Source of the DNA: Octopus vulgaris
Lineage: Eukaryota
DNA: 64,000 nucleotides
Assembly (NCBI GenBank): GCA_951406725.2
Contig: OX597814.1
Coordinates: 56,792,001-56,856,000, forward strand
Direction: 5' to 3'
Shown here: piece after piece, positions 25,961 to 37,390 of the stretch
How positions within the stretch are numbered: position 1 is the stretch's first letter
Layout: each line of letters begins with the position of its first letter
Notes under the pieces: model-generated
The model's database searches: none
What the model was told of the DNA's origin: nothing
The model's input: only the letters and a program-made list of their open reading frames with translations
Position numbers and translations under genes: made by a program

Positions 25961-27341
25961 CTATTGGTTTTATCATTCAACAACTATTATGCTTGTAACA
26001 TCAGCAACTACTGAACCATACGTGTCCTAAGTGAACAATACGCAATCTGGAATCATGTGGTTGAGAAGCAAAATTCTTACCATGTAGCCATGCCGGTGCT
26101 TATGGCCATGCCATCGACAATATAATCATACAAAAAAAATTTCTTGTTTTTTTCTTTTTTCTGTCTACTTATACACTCATAGACTTTTACAACGATATTT
26201 TTGACTTTCAATTATCACCTATTTTGTGTAGGAGTACTGTATTCGAATGATGTTTGCTTTTTGTGACAGTCACAACACAGAATATAGCATTATTTATATG
26301 ACAAGTGGCAGATACTGTGGAAGCAGAAATAGGGTCACATGGTGCCAGGATATTTTCCCCGTCAAATACATTTGCAGCATAGTTGGAGCCTATATCGAGT
26401 TGGTAAAAAAAAGCAACTTCGCGCCGAAATGAACCAGTTTACCGATAGGAGGCCGAAAATATCAATTTGGTTCAAAACTATAGCATGCAACTTATATTAA
26501 CGTCAAACTCAGCGACTTATTTTTCTTTCTTCATAGGCACTAAAAATTCTTTTTACAACGAATAACCTCTTTTCAAAAATGTCGGATTTAGTGTGTGATA
26601 CCGAAAAGAGCCTTGTATTTTTTCACCCATTCATTGTTCAAAGTACGCACACGCACTAACACACACACACACACACATATACTGTGACATGCAGACAAAA
26701 GTTTCCAAAATGTTTAAAGCAAGGATAAAATAAAAACAAAAATATAACAAAAAGATTTAAAACATTTTATATATATTTCCGTATGTGTTTCTTACATTAT
26801 GGAAAATAAAATATACTCGAAGTTATTGCATTATTATCATTCAGGATATTTCATTTCTTTATTTATTAAACCATATTTATTATTCTTATCAGTAACAAAA
26901 CGAATTTATGTTATTTATTTCGTTCTATAGTAGTAAATTATTCATTCTATTCCATTGCATTAAAAAAAACCCCTTTTAAATGGAGAAAATAGCAAGAAAC
27001 TAAGTGTACTCACAGGCATGTCTGTATGTATGCGTGTATGTATGTATGTATGTATGTATGTATGTATGTATGTATGTATGTATGTGTATATGTAGAGTTT
27101 TGAAAGCTATTGATTTATCTCGTATTAGTGCTTATGCATCATGCTACAGAAGATAGTAAAGACGAGTGTAGAAATCGTCAATGTCTTCTTTCTAATCGAC
27201 ATGCTGAGTTCCCAATAGATTAATAATGACCTATGACGTACGACTGAGTTGTTTAATATTATACATATTGAATTGTGAGTATTTCTATGCGATTATAAAC
27301 TGTGAGTACCCACGGCACTCATAAACGAAGCACATTGGTAA

Positions 27342-27347
27342 TTTATT
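27342..27347 (-). promoter_or_regulatory. candidate polyadenylation signal of the EF-hand gene
   Basis: AATAAA on the minus strand ~135 nt past the stop; further AATAAA hexamers at ~26860-26920 are alternatives. Confidence 0.35.
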
Positions 27348-27480
27348 GAAACCTTGTCGCAAATGGAATAAACACATGAAAAAAGACAAAAATAACAAAA
27401 TGCTTAAGAAAACGCTACAACAAAGTAAACAATAAGTAGCCTTGAGATGTATTTTGACATAACATAAAGCGACCTGTAAC

Positions 27481-27703
27481 TTAATTAGTGTTAGCAATAA
27501 TCTCGTCAACTACTTTCTCCCACTCATTCCTACTTATTTCAGAATCATTATTTAAATCAATACTTTTAATAATGTCTGTTACATCTTGGCGACTATATCC
27601 CTTACTTTGTAATTTTTGCATCATTTCACAAGAAGTGAGTTTTCCGCTTCCATCCTTGTCTGCGTCATCAAACTCCTTCATAAGATCCTTCTTTTTCACT
27701 TGA
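27481..27703 (-). CDS. calmodulin-like four-EF-hand Ca2+-binding protein, exon 3 (EF3, EF4, stop)
   Basis: Acceptor tttttgatttcAG; (N)QVKKKDLMKEFDDADKDGSGKLTSCEMMQKL..IDLNNDSEISRNEWEKVVDEIIANTN*; two 12-residue EF loops. Confidence 0.92.
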
Positions 27704-27957
27704 CTGAAATCAAAAATATAAGGCATGAGAAAAGACCAATCAAATGTGAAATTTTTAAGTTTATAACAAAGTTACTGATTTCTTACGACCATACAGTATC
27801 TGGTAGAAGTGTAAAGGTAGAACACCTATAAAATCAGCATTGCTTGGAACTGCAAGATTCTTCGCAGGGTTCTTGAAGCATGATCAGTAAACAAGTGTCA
27901 CATTAGTTTTAACACTTTCCATCGTACCCAGCAAAATGAGCCGAGAGTTTTCATATC

Positions 27958-27989
<32 letters not shown>

Positions 27990-27994
<5 letters not shown>

Positions 27995-28870
27995 TAATAA
28001 TATGTTTTGTCTTGGTATAAAAGATGGGCTACAGCAAATATTCTGCTCAATACCACAGATTTGCTTGTCAGTTGCTTGACCTTAACCAGTTGAGCATGTT
28101 CCTTAGTGGCTGACGATATGTGCATCTCTGATCACGAGCAGAAGTAGTAGGGGAACATCATAGCCATGTGTTGAAAGGAATTCTTTGGGGTTTGAATAAT
28201 TCACCTCTGGAAACATGGATGTTTCATTCAACATCCTTAAACAACCCTTATTCAGGGAGATTTTGAGCGGGATGGGTTACTCGACCAGAAGAAGTCAAGA
28301 GGGGTATACTGGGCTTCGTATATTTTACCCCAGTGTCACTTTGATGGTATGCACTACTCTCTTACTCAATAACAACAACAACAACAACAACAATAATAAT
28401 AATAATAATGCAGTACCATGCAGTGGTTCTCATGGCTTCTGATCTTAACTGATTGGAAGTGTTAACATGTACATTGTTTTGTGTTGGTATAAAAGATGGG
28501 TTACAGCAAATATTCTGCCCAATACCACAGATTTGCTTGTCAGTTGTTTGACTTTAACCAGTTGAGCATGTCCCTTGGTGACTGACGATATATGCATCTC
28601 TGATCATGAGCAGTAGTGGGGGAGCATCATAGCAATGTGTTGGAAGCAATTATTTGGGATTTGGATAATTCACTTTTGAAAACATGGGTGTTTCGTTCAA
28701 CATCCTTAAACAACCCTTATTCAGAAATCTTTCGAGTGGGATGGGCTACTCGATCTGAAGAAAATTCTAACTGGGCCCCACCTGCAAGGTCATGTGTTGT
28801 TTATCTTGATATGAGATCACCATGTCGTGCACATATGGTTGTGATGCATGTACCTGGTGTATCCTTTTGT
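27990..28870. mobile_element. two tandem copies of an interspersed retroposon-like repeat, each preceded by (AAT/AAC)n (intron 2 of the EF-hand gene)
   Basis: 28003-28290 is a direct repeat of 28475-28760; a third fragment lies at 22690-22860. Confidence 0.65.
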
Positions 28871-28916
28871 TTTTAGAAAAATAGGTTTTATGGAATATAG
28901 TCTTCTATATACTTAC

Positions 28917-29008
28917 TTAAAAGGTGTTGCTTTTTGAAATTCTTCCCATTCCGCCCATGTAATACGGTTGTCATCGACTTTCCTGTCGTCGATATCCTGA
29001 AAAACACC
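28917..29008 (-). CDS. four-EF-hand protein, exon 2 (EF2)
   Basis: Acceptor ttttttctaattgtAG, donor GTAAGT; 92 bp; GVFQDIDDRKVDDNRITWAEWEEFQKATPF(N); phase 2 joins exon 3 in frame. Confidence 0.88.
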
Positions 29009-29204
29009 CTACAATTAGAAAAAAAGAAAGAAATTATGATGAAGTTATATTTATTTACACTCAATTATATAATATATAAATATATGAGCGATACATTAAT
29101 GCAGGCTGCCACCAAGATTTGTAGAGTTAAAAACTGATTCATGACTACTGTCTACCTTATTTTCTGGTAATAGAGACAAAGGCATACAATTTGGTGGTTT
29201 AGTT

Positions 29205-29306
29205 ATTTTTACCTTTATGTTTTACTTGTTTCAGCCATTACACTGCGGGGGACATAAACACATCAACATTGGTTGTGAAGCAGAAGTGGGGGAGAAATAC
29301 ACACAC

Positions 29307-29354
<48 letters not shown>

Positions 29355-29525
29355 ACACACACACATACACCACAGGCTTCTTTCAGTTTCTGTCTACCAA
29401 ATCCACCCACAAAGCTTTGGTCGACCCGAGACTATAGTAAAAGACACTTGCACAAGCTGCCACGCAGTGGGACTGAACCCAGAACCACGTAGTTGGAAAG
29501 TAAGCTTCTTACCACACAGCCACCA
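29205..29525 (-). mobile_element. tRNA-head SINE with an internal (CA)n tract
   Basis: Reverse-complement match to the head and body of 35818-36208. Confidence 0.75.
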
Positions 29526-31390
29526 TCGAGCATTGATCCCTCACGGGTGGGATACTTAACAACTGGTTCAAGAGCAACCGACGGTGCAAGTGTGTCTCTT
29601 CGGATGATAAATAGATATAACTCGTCAAAATAACAGTCCTGCAATGTATCTTTTCAGTTCGTGCAAAGAAAAGCAGAAAATTAAAGGATATAGCTTCATT
29701 TATATAGAAGATCAATAATAAGATAACAGATGCAAAAAAGAAGCAAGTACAGGGCAACGAAAAAAGTATTAGGAATAATCGTTAACGGATATGGATGTAT
29801 AAACACCCTCGCGTAGGTTATATGGCGTATGTACACTCTCTCATACAAGCCTAAATTTAATTCATCCATACCTTAAAGTGAAGTATATTAACAGTTGCTA
29901 AAATTCATTCCCACTGCATTGTGCCAAAGTGCATTTATATGCATGTAAGCATCTTGAAAGTCCTTCAGAAATTGTATTAATAATATTCTCATTAGTCCAC
30001 AGAATAGACAGGGATTCATTGGAGAAGAGTCGGCATCACCTAAAAATGATATTATATGGTTTTGCGTGCCTTACTATGGAGCAAGTTATGTTATAATTAA
30101 TTTTGTCTTCCTTAAGTCGCCACATAAAATCGAGCAAAGATGTTGAATGTCTCATATTGATTTTCTTGAAGCTGGAAACATGGTTGCGATAACGATTCTT
30201 GAATGAATCAGCCGTTTGCATAATGTAAACATACATCCCGCCTTGAGTGTACGGTACATTTATATACAAGATTTGTATTCATACAGAGGTTCATCAATGG
30301 GCATTTTGGTTTTTCTCTGCATGAGCATTTATACTTATTTGTATATATGGCAGTTCTGAGTTCATTTTCCGACGTTGTTACCGTGTTAGCTATATCACAA
30401 TTATTTATACTATCATGATTTAGCTGTATTTGGTACTTTTCATTGCGGTTTACGTCTCCTTTGTTGGTATTTTGATGCATATGCTTGCTAGTTCCTGTAG
30501 GTGGGTTATTGAACTGTTGTTTCATTTTATTATGCATATGTATGTATACTCACACACATAGACACACACATCAATTATAAGAGTATGTGTGTGTGTTTGT
30601 GTATGTTTGTGTGTGTATGTGTGTGTATGTGTGTGTGTGCATGTATGTTTGTGTGTGTATGTGTGCATAAGGATTTTTTAATATATTTCCTTATAAGTCC
30701 GCTATGTTTAGTTTGGAGCAATAGCATTCACAAATCTACTATCCCATTAGCATTTCACAATCTTTCTGGTATCATCATCAGAATAAATTGTTTGTAATAA
30801 TGGCATGTTCTTTGTGCATTTTGCAGTAAGTTGCAAGCGATCATAGAACTACTGTTACAACTGATGAAATCTTAAACAACAGATTTACGGATTATACAAC
30901 GGCTATATCAAGGCAGATTTCATGATTTATTTTACATAACGTATTTGTGCTGAATTTTGGCTTTTATTTTCCCTACTAATAAAGCTTCAATAGCAATTCT
31001 AATTTTCTGTAGAATTCTATATAAAATTGCAGTAGTGTTAGCTAACAGTTTTGGTGTCTAATATTATTTGAACGTATTATATGTAACAAGATGCAATGCT
31101 TCCTTGTTCTAAGTGCATTGTCAACTAACGAGAAAGTGCTCTACATGTATGTCAAGTGTAACAGTTTGAGTCGTGCAGTTAACAACTTTCATAATTAAAT
31201 TTAAATTTGTGTATTACATTGGTTGTATGATGTGTTAGTTGCCTGACTGCATGTCCATAAATGGAGCCTTTCATTCTGGTGATTTTGTGGGTTTTGTGTG
31301 GTACATGTTGTGCCATGATTTACTTTATTTTATGGGAGTAAGATTTATCCTTGTGAACAATCATTCAAGAATGTATGAATATATGTTCGT
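29525..31390 (-). mobile_element. decayed Penelope-like element (thumb/linker, C-terminal GIY-YIG and 3' repeat) in intron 1 of the EF-hand gene
   Basis: CSCREKPKCPLMNLCMNTNLVYKCTV..YIMQTADSFKNRYRNHVSSF..STSLLDFMWRLKEDKINYNITCSI; the 3' region 29525-29740 is repeated at 8655-8870. Confidence 0.8.
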
Positions 31391-31448
31391 ACCTGTCTGT
31401 CTGTCAATGTATGTCTGTCTGTATGTTTGTATGTACGTACGTATGTAC

Positions 31449-31479
<31 letters not shown>

Positions 31480-31952
31480 TGTATGTATGTATGTATGTAT
31501 GTATGTATGTATGGATGGATGGATAGATGAATAGATGTTTGGATGTTTGTATGTATTTCTGTGGATGAGGGATGCCAGGAAGATATGGTATAACGTGGTA
31601 AAAATCTGATCTCCAAATAAAACGCACCCAGATTACTATTTTAGGTGTAGAGTTGAGAAAAAACTTCATGTCAAAGATGTGACAACGGCTGTAGCACCGG
31701 TGTCATAATAAATGGACTCACTACACCCTATAAAGTAGTTTTTATTACAAAAGGCATCCAAAAAAAAAAAAAAAAATCCAAGTCGAACAAAACGAAGCTT
31801 TTGAGTAAGTTGTGGTCCTTTGATTTATTTAGGAAGGAAGTAACGAATCTTCCAATCCATGCCCACATAAAAGGTGGGCATAGGTTGGGTGAGTCGTTAC
31901 TGCTTGCATGCCTTAGTTGTTAGAGCGTCGGGTTCACAATCATGAGGCTGTG

Positions 31953-32288
<336 letters not shown>

Positions 32289-32460
32289 TTTCCATTTCCT
32301 TTTTCCTTACGCTAGCTTACTACACCGTCTGATAGTCGGAAGAGCCTCTTTGTTTTGATTTACGTATTTCTGTTGTATAGCCGAAAGGCTGTTTTCTACT
32401 GTATACGTATACTTCTCTCTCTCTCTCTCTCTTTATATATATATATATATATAAAAGAAT

Positions 32461-32536
<76 letters not shown>

Positions 32537-32875
32537 ATAATTCTATATATATATATATGTAAAAGAATACAAAAAATAGGATAAGGATGCAAAGCATCCA
32601 TACAGATGATACAACAAAGGGATAAGAAAAAACAAGGATGGATCATCCGGAGTTTTCTTTCGTCAGTCGAGTTCCAGATCATCTTTGCAATTCCGCCTGG
32701 TTATCCTCGAGATTGTTCCAATCTGGCCAGCCCCAAGGAAAGTCTAAGCTAAGAGTATTAAATTCCTTGGAAGAAAGCAGCGAATGTATGCGAAAACAAG
32801 GACAAAAAAACCCCGGAGAAATGGTACACAAACACAAATGCAAGTAGCAGGACATTAACAAATTTATATATATAT

Positions 32876-33434
32876 ATATAGTGACCACTCTCTTATATTT
32901 ATTTTGTAAAAATATTATAATATATTATAAAATATTATAATAATCCAGGTTTCTCGGAGCACTAGGCCACTTGGTGTTGAATAGATATACTATTAAATTA
33001 GTATCTAATTCTCTCACCCTTATTAATTAATTATAATTATGCTGCATTTATTTCTAAATGCTGTATTTGTTTTCCGTGAAAGTTTGGCGCGCTGTTAGTT
33101 GGGGCATTTGAATTATAACGTCGGATGTAATCAATTGAACCACACGCGTATTTATCGTTATGGTAAAATCTGGCGTGTGATTGAGTGGATTTCATCCAGA
33201 TAGTTTTGGCTGACGAGCTACAAGTGGATTTTTTTGTAAGTAAAATTACATTTAATTCATTAATAGCGAAACAATTGTCCCAAAATAATCTGTATTTTTG
33301 TTATTTTTTATTTGCCCTGTCCGTGTGAGCTAACAATCGTACTGACTTTCATGGGAAACATGTATTTTTGTGGTTGAAACCTTTTGGATTAACTGGTGCT
33401 AGAGTGAGCCATATAGTGACCACTCTCTTATATT

Positions 33435-33440
<6 letters not shown>
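32876..33440 (+). mobile_element. 535-bp terminally redundant, hammerhead-bearing non-autonomous retroelement (PLE pseudo-LTR / retrozyme-like)
   Basis: ATATAGTGACCACTCTCTTATATTTATTTT is directly repeated at 32876-32905 and 33411-33440; (TA)n on both sides; contains a hammerhead; no ORF. Confidence 0.7.
33199..33290 (+). ncRNA. type I hammerhead ribozyme (minimal, palindromic stem III)
   Basis: Stem I TTTTGG(33204-09)/CCAAAA(33280-85); core CTGACGA (33210-16); stem II GCTA/TAGC with an extended hairpin; GAAA (33268-71); stem III in the palindrome ACAATTGT; GUC cleavage after 33279. Confidence 0.85.
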
Positions 33441-33483
<43 letters not shown>

Positions 33484-33563
33484 AGAGTAAATACATAAAT
33501 GTGAAACAAGGTGGAAAAAAGAGTACTCAAATACCAGTGGTAGAGTAATATGCTTTAAATAAA

Positions 33564-33640
<77 letters not shown>

Positions 33641-33644
<4 letters not shown>

Positions 33645-34073
33645 ATTGAAAAATAGGATAAAGTCTTCATAAGAATTTATCAAGTAGTTAGCGTGAAAAA
33701 CCTCATAAGAGAAAAAATCCATTAATTCTTTCACTTAAATATCTTTATTTATATTATATAGAGGGCATTTTTACACATAAATACCACACGCTAGGAGGGA
33801 CTCTTAAAGTCAAAACTACTAAACTAAATAAACATATCATACCGAATGCAACTCTTGAAGAAAGTCATTTAAAAACAGAATTCAGCTGCATATCATCTGT
33901 GATTTCGTAATCAGTGAAGTGGTGTGCACTCTTTACTCTTCAGTGCAAGCATAATACAATATTTATAATGAATGAACAAAAACAACATACCAGGCGAACA
34001 ACCATCGTATCCAACGCACCATGTAGAAATGTTCACCCCTTATACATCTATGTGGCATATATGTGTAATAATG

Positions 34074-34080
<7 letters not shown>
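33641..34080 (-). mobile_element. Penelope pseudo-LTR-like module carrying a hammerhead
   Basis: Flanked by (TA)n and (TC)n(TA)n; an imperfect ~29-bp inverted repeat (33760-33788 / 34051-34079) brackets the ribozyme. Confidence 0.55.
33885..33950 (-). ncRNA. type I hammerhead ribozyme, sense to the EF-hand pre-mRNA
   Basis: Minus strand: GCUUGCA-CUGAAGA-GUAA.AG.AGUG(loop)CACU.GA.UUAC-GAAA-UCA(CAGA)UGA-UA-UGCAGC. All core nucleotides are canonical; AUA cleavage triplet with the cut between 33891 and 33890. Confidence 0.82.
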
Positions 34081-34144
<64 letters not shown>

Positions 34145-35042
34145 ATACGAAATTAATTATATGACCGGCTATATAATTAACCTCCTCTAAATACATTACT
34201 GCTCTAACGTATGAAAAAGAAAAAAAAGATACTGGGCTTGTACATATACTGACGCACATCACACGCATCTACAAAATGAGACGAGAAAATTCCGAAGAAC
34301 ATTGTGATGTATGTCAGTATGCGTGCCAAGGGATTTTATTTTTCATATTAAATTCCGATATAATAGAAATGCACATTATCTAAAAGGTATCTGTAGAAAA
34401 TTTCATAAATTTAGTATATCCTCACAAGTGTGCCACCACCAATCTTGTTTATTCATAACTTCCAGAAAAATTATATTTTTTTAATGAAATTTTCTATAAA
34501 TATAATCCAAATGGTGTAGATTCCGATTTGTTGTGAAAACGTTTTGCTTCCGTGGGTGGGAAGGGGAGTTCAGAATATACACACGAGTCAGCTTTGTTTC
34601 TTCATAACTTTCAGAAAACTGGGTATTTTTTAATGAAATTTTCAACAAATAATTTTCCGATTATATCGGAATTTGATGGGAAAAGAAATATGCTAATCAC
34701 GCACACATACGTACTAACACGGATTACATATTTCCACAGTATGCTTGCGTATTTGGGAATATGGTAGTCAAAGTGTATCTGCTAGAAGTAGCAAACTAGA
34801 TCTTTATATGAAATGAAAGACGCATTAGCTAAAGTGGTCTTAGACATGATGTAAAAAGACTGTGTGATCACAAGTGGAACGCCTTTAGTCATAGGTGTAT
34901 TTGATCAAGGCTGACTTATGCTGTTAATCAATTAGAACAGCCATAATTTCAGCAACAACAAAAACACACATCTCAATGTGTTTGCGTGCTAGAATCTCGT
35001 AAGTGTTAGTATTTAAATCGAGGAAAAAAAAATTCAACTTAC

Positions 35043-35153
35043 TCTGGCTATTTCTTTTGAAATCTTCACACGATGTTCTTTTTCCAAATAGTCTACAAAT
35101 TCATCCAAACACAGTCCGTCTCCTGTTTTGTCACAGTCTCCAAATCCAGGCAT
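35043..35153 (-). CDS. four-EF-hand protein, exon 1 (start codon, EF1)
   Basis: aaacATG, donor GTAAGT; MPGFGDCDKTGDGLCLDEFVDYLEKEHRVKISKEIAR; 111+92+223 = 426 bp = 141 aa + stop. Confidence 0.85.
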
Positions 35154-35268
35154 GTTTATCACTTTTTATTTTTCTGTTATCAAGAAAGAAGTATTAGCAC
35201 CGATGCTTGGCCGATACGATCAGATACGATCTACCTAGATAAAGTAACAGTGTCACAGTTGTCAACTC

Positions 35269-35276
35269 TTTAAATA
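35269..35276 (-). promoter_or_regulatory. candidate TATA box of the EF-hand gene
   Basis: TATTTAAA on the minus strand ~115 bp upstream of the ATG, consistent with an ~85-90 nt 5' UTR. Confidence 0.5.
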
Positions 35277-35723
35277 GACGCAGACGATCCTATTGCTGGT
35301 GGCATTTATGTGTATGATTTCACACATGCAACTATGTACTATGTGGTGTTAGTTTGTGTGTGTGTATGTGTGTGTGTTTTATGTATTTGTGTGGGTTTGG
35401 CTAAGCTCACAGACACACACAAACACACACAAACACACACACATACACACATACACACACACACACTCTCTCTCTCACACACACATACACACGCACACAC
35501 ACACACTAATACACATGTTCATACTACAGGCATTATAAGTCAGTGTGTGTGTGTGTGAGTGTCTGTGTCTATGTATATATGTGTACATGCGTGTAGCTGT
35601 TTGTGAGCGTGCGTGTGTATGTGATTATTTCACTTCTATTCTTTTCTCTCCTTTGTTTCATATTTCCCCGCCTATCTCTCCCTCTCTTTCTCTCTCTATA
35701 TATATATCCCTGTGCATGTGAAG

Positions 35724-35766
<43 letters not shown>

Positions 35767-35817
35767 AGAATAAAAAAACCCTGAGGGTATGTATATTTTT
35801 ATAGTGTTCTCATTCAT

Positions 35818-36208
35818 ATGGCTGTGGGGTAAAAAGCTTGCTTCTCAACAACATGGTTCCGGGTTCAGTCCCACTGCGTGGCAGGTTGGGCCGGTGTCTT
35901 CTACTATAGCCTCGAGCCGACCAAAGCCCTGCAAGTGGATTTGGCAGATTGAAACTGAAAGAAGTTCGTCGTATATGTTTGTGTGTGTGTGTGTTTACGT
36001 GTCTGTGTTTGTCCCCCCCCACCACCATTGCTTGACAACTGATGTTGGTGTGTTTACGTCTCCGTAACACAGCGGTTCGGCAAAATAGACCGATAGAATA
36101 AGTACGAGGCTTACAAAGAATACGTTCTGAGGTCAATTTGTTCGACTAAAGGCGGTGATCCAGCATGGCCGCAGTCAAACGTCTGAAACAAGTAAAAGAA
36201 TAAAAGAA
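35818..36208 (+). mobile_element. full-length tRNA-head SINE (reference copy for the family)
   Basis: Head TGGCTGTGGGGTAAAAAGC..GGGTTCAGTCCC, internal (TG)n, tail GGCGGTGATCCAGCATGGCCGCAGTCAAACGTCTGAAACAAGTAAAAGAATAAAAG. Confidence 0.85.
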
Positions 36209-36234
36209 TGCATATATATATATATATATATAAA

Positions 36235-36625
36235 CCTTTCTACTATTAGCACAAGGCTTGAGGTTTGTGGGGAGGGGTTAATTCGATTACACCAAACCCA
36301 GTGATCAACTGTTACTTATTTAATCGACCCCGAAAGGATGAAAGGCAAAGTCGACCTCGGCGGAATTTGAACTCACAACGTAGCGGCAGACGAAATACCT
36401 ATTTCTTTACTACCCACAAGGGGCTAAACACAGAGAGAACAAAGAAGGACAGACAAACGGATTAAGTCGATTATATCGACCCCAGTGCGTAACTGGTACT
36501 TAAATTATCGATCCCGAAAGGATGAAAGGCAAAGTCGACCTCGGCGGAATTTGAACTCGGAACGTAGCGGCAGACGAAATACGGCTACGCATTTCGCCCG
36601 GTGTGCTAACGATTCTGCCAGATCG
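36235..36625 (-). mobile_element. Meta-domain SINE(s), partial tandem
   Basis: The minus strand carries GTCGACTTTGCCTTTCATCCTTTCGGG(G/A)TCGAT twice (Meta-like domain); related copies at 44750-44960, 47890-48300 and 57465-57580. Confidence 0.75.
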
Positions 36626-36811
36626 TGGCCTGGTGACTTATTTCAATCTTTCTTCGTAAATCATTATCATCATCTCTCTTTCTTTCTCTTTCTCTGTTTG
36701 TATATTCCTCTCTCTCTCTCACTCTCTCTCTCTCCTTTCTCTTCCCTTTCACAACAGTAACAAAGCCAACTCTTTTCCGTAGAAGGTGTATGTTTCTTAC
36801 ATGTTTCTGTA

Positions 36812-37010
36812 CAGTAATCCCTCGTCATATCACTGTTCACCTATCGCGGGTTATTAAGCTTATGTCAATTCCTCCGCGGTGTTATTTTGCATTTATAATA
36901 AAATAAATATATACAAATTACAAAAATAATAATAAAAATATATACAGTTCAGTACTGTTCCTACTCCACGGATTTTCGCCTATCGCGGTGGGGTAGTCGA
37001 GGGATTACTG
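36812..37010. mobile_element. Tigger/pogo-type MITE
   Basis: TA|CAGTAATCCCTCG...CGAGGGATTACTG|TA: perfect 13-bp TIR with a TA TSD. Confidence 0.85.
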
Positions 37011-37044
37011 TATATCTGCATCTATGTACATGGGCATTGTAACT

Positions 37045-37084
<40 letters not shown>

Positions 37085-37390
37085 CATGTGAGTGTGTGTC
37101 TATAATATTTCCTTTATTTTTTAATTGTTTTGTGGATATTCGGCGCACCTGTGGCAGTATGGAAAGAAGCTTGCGTCCCAACCATATGGTTCTGGGTTCA
37201 GTCCCACTATGAGGCAGCTTGGGCAAGAGTCTTCTACTATAGTTTCGAGCCGATTAAAGCCTTCTGAGTGGATTTGGTAGAAGGAAACTGAAAGAAGCCC
37301 GTCATATATATATATATATTTTTTTTTTTTCTAGTTTCAGCTCAGAGCTGCGGCCATGCTGATGCACCGCCGTTTTGTGCTACACTGTTA

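Noticed and set aside
27481-27726. ORF-track 81-aa single-exon EF-hand protein starting MPYIFDFS
   Set aside because: The N-terminal residues are the intron's pyrimidine tract and AG; two in-frame upstream exons give a better 141-aa model.
32330-32405. Possible third hammerhead (CGGAAGA...GAAA) in the intron array
   Set aside because: Core mismatch and poor stem II/III pairing; at best a decayed relic.
35205-35216. 12-mer GCTTGGCCGATA shared by the EF-hand 5' UTR and the 47425-47436 hairpin region
   Set aside because: A single 12-mer match within 64 kb is expected by chance, and no paralogous coding exon follows at 47.4 kb.
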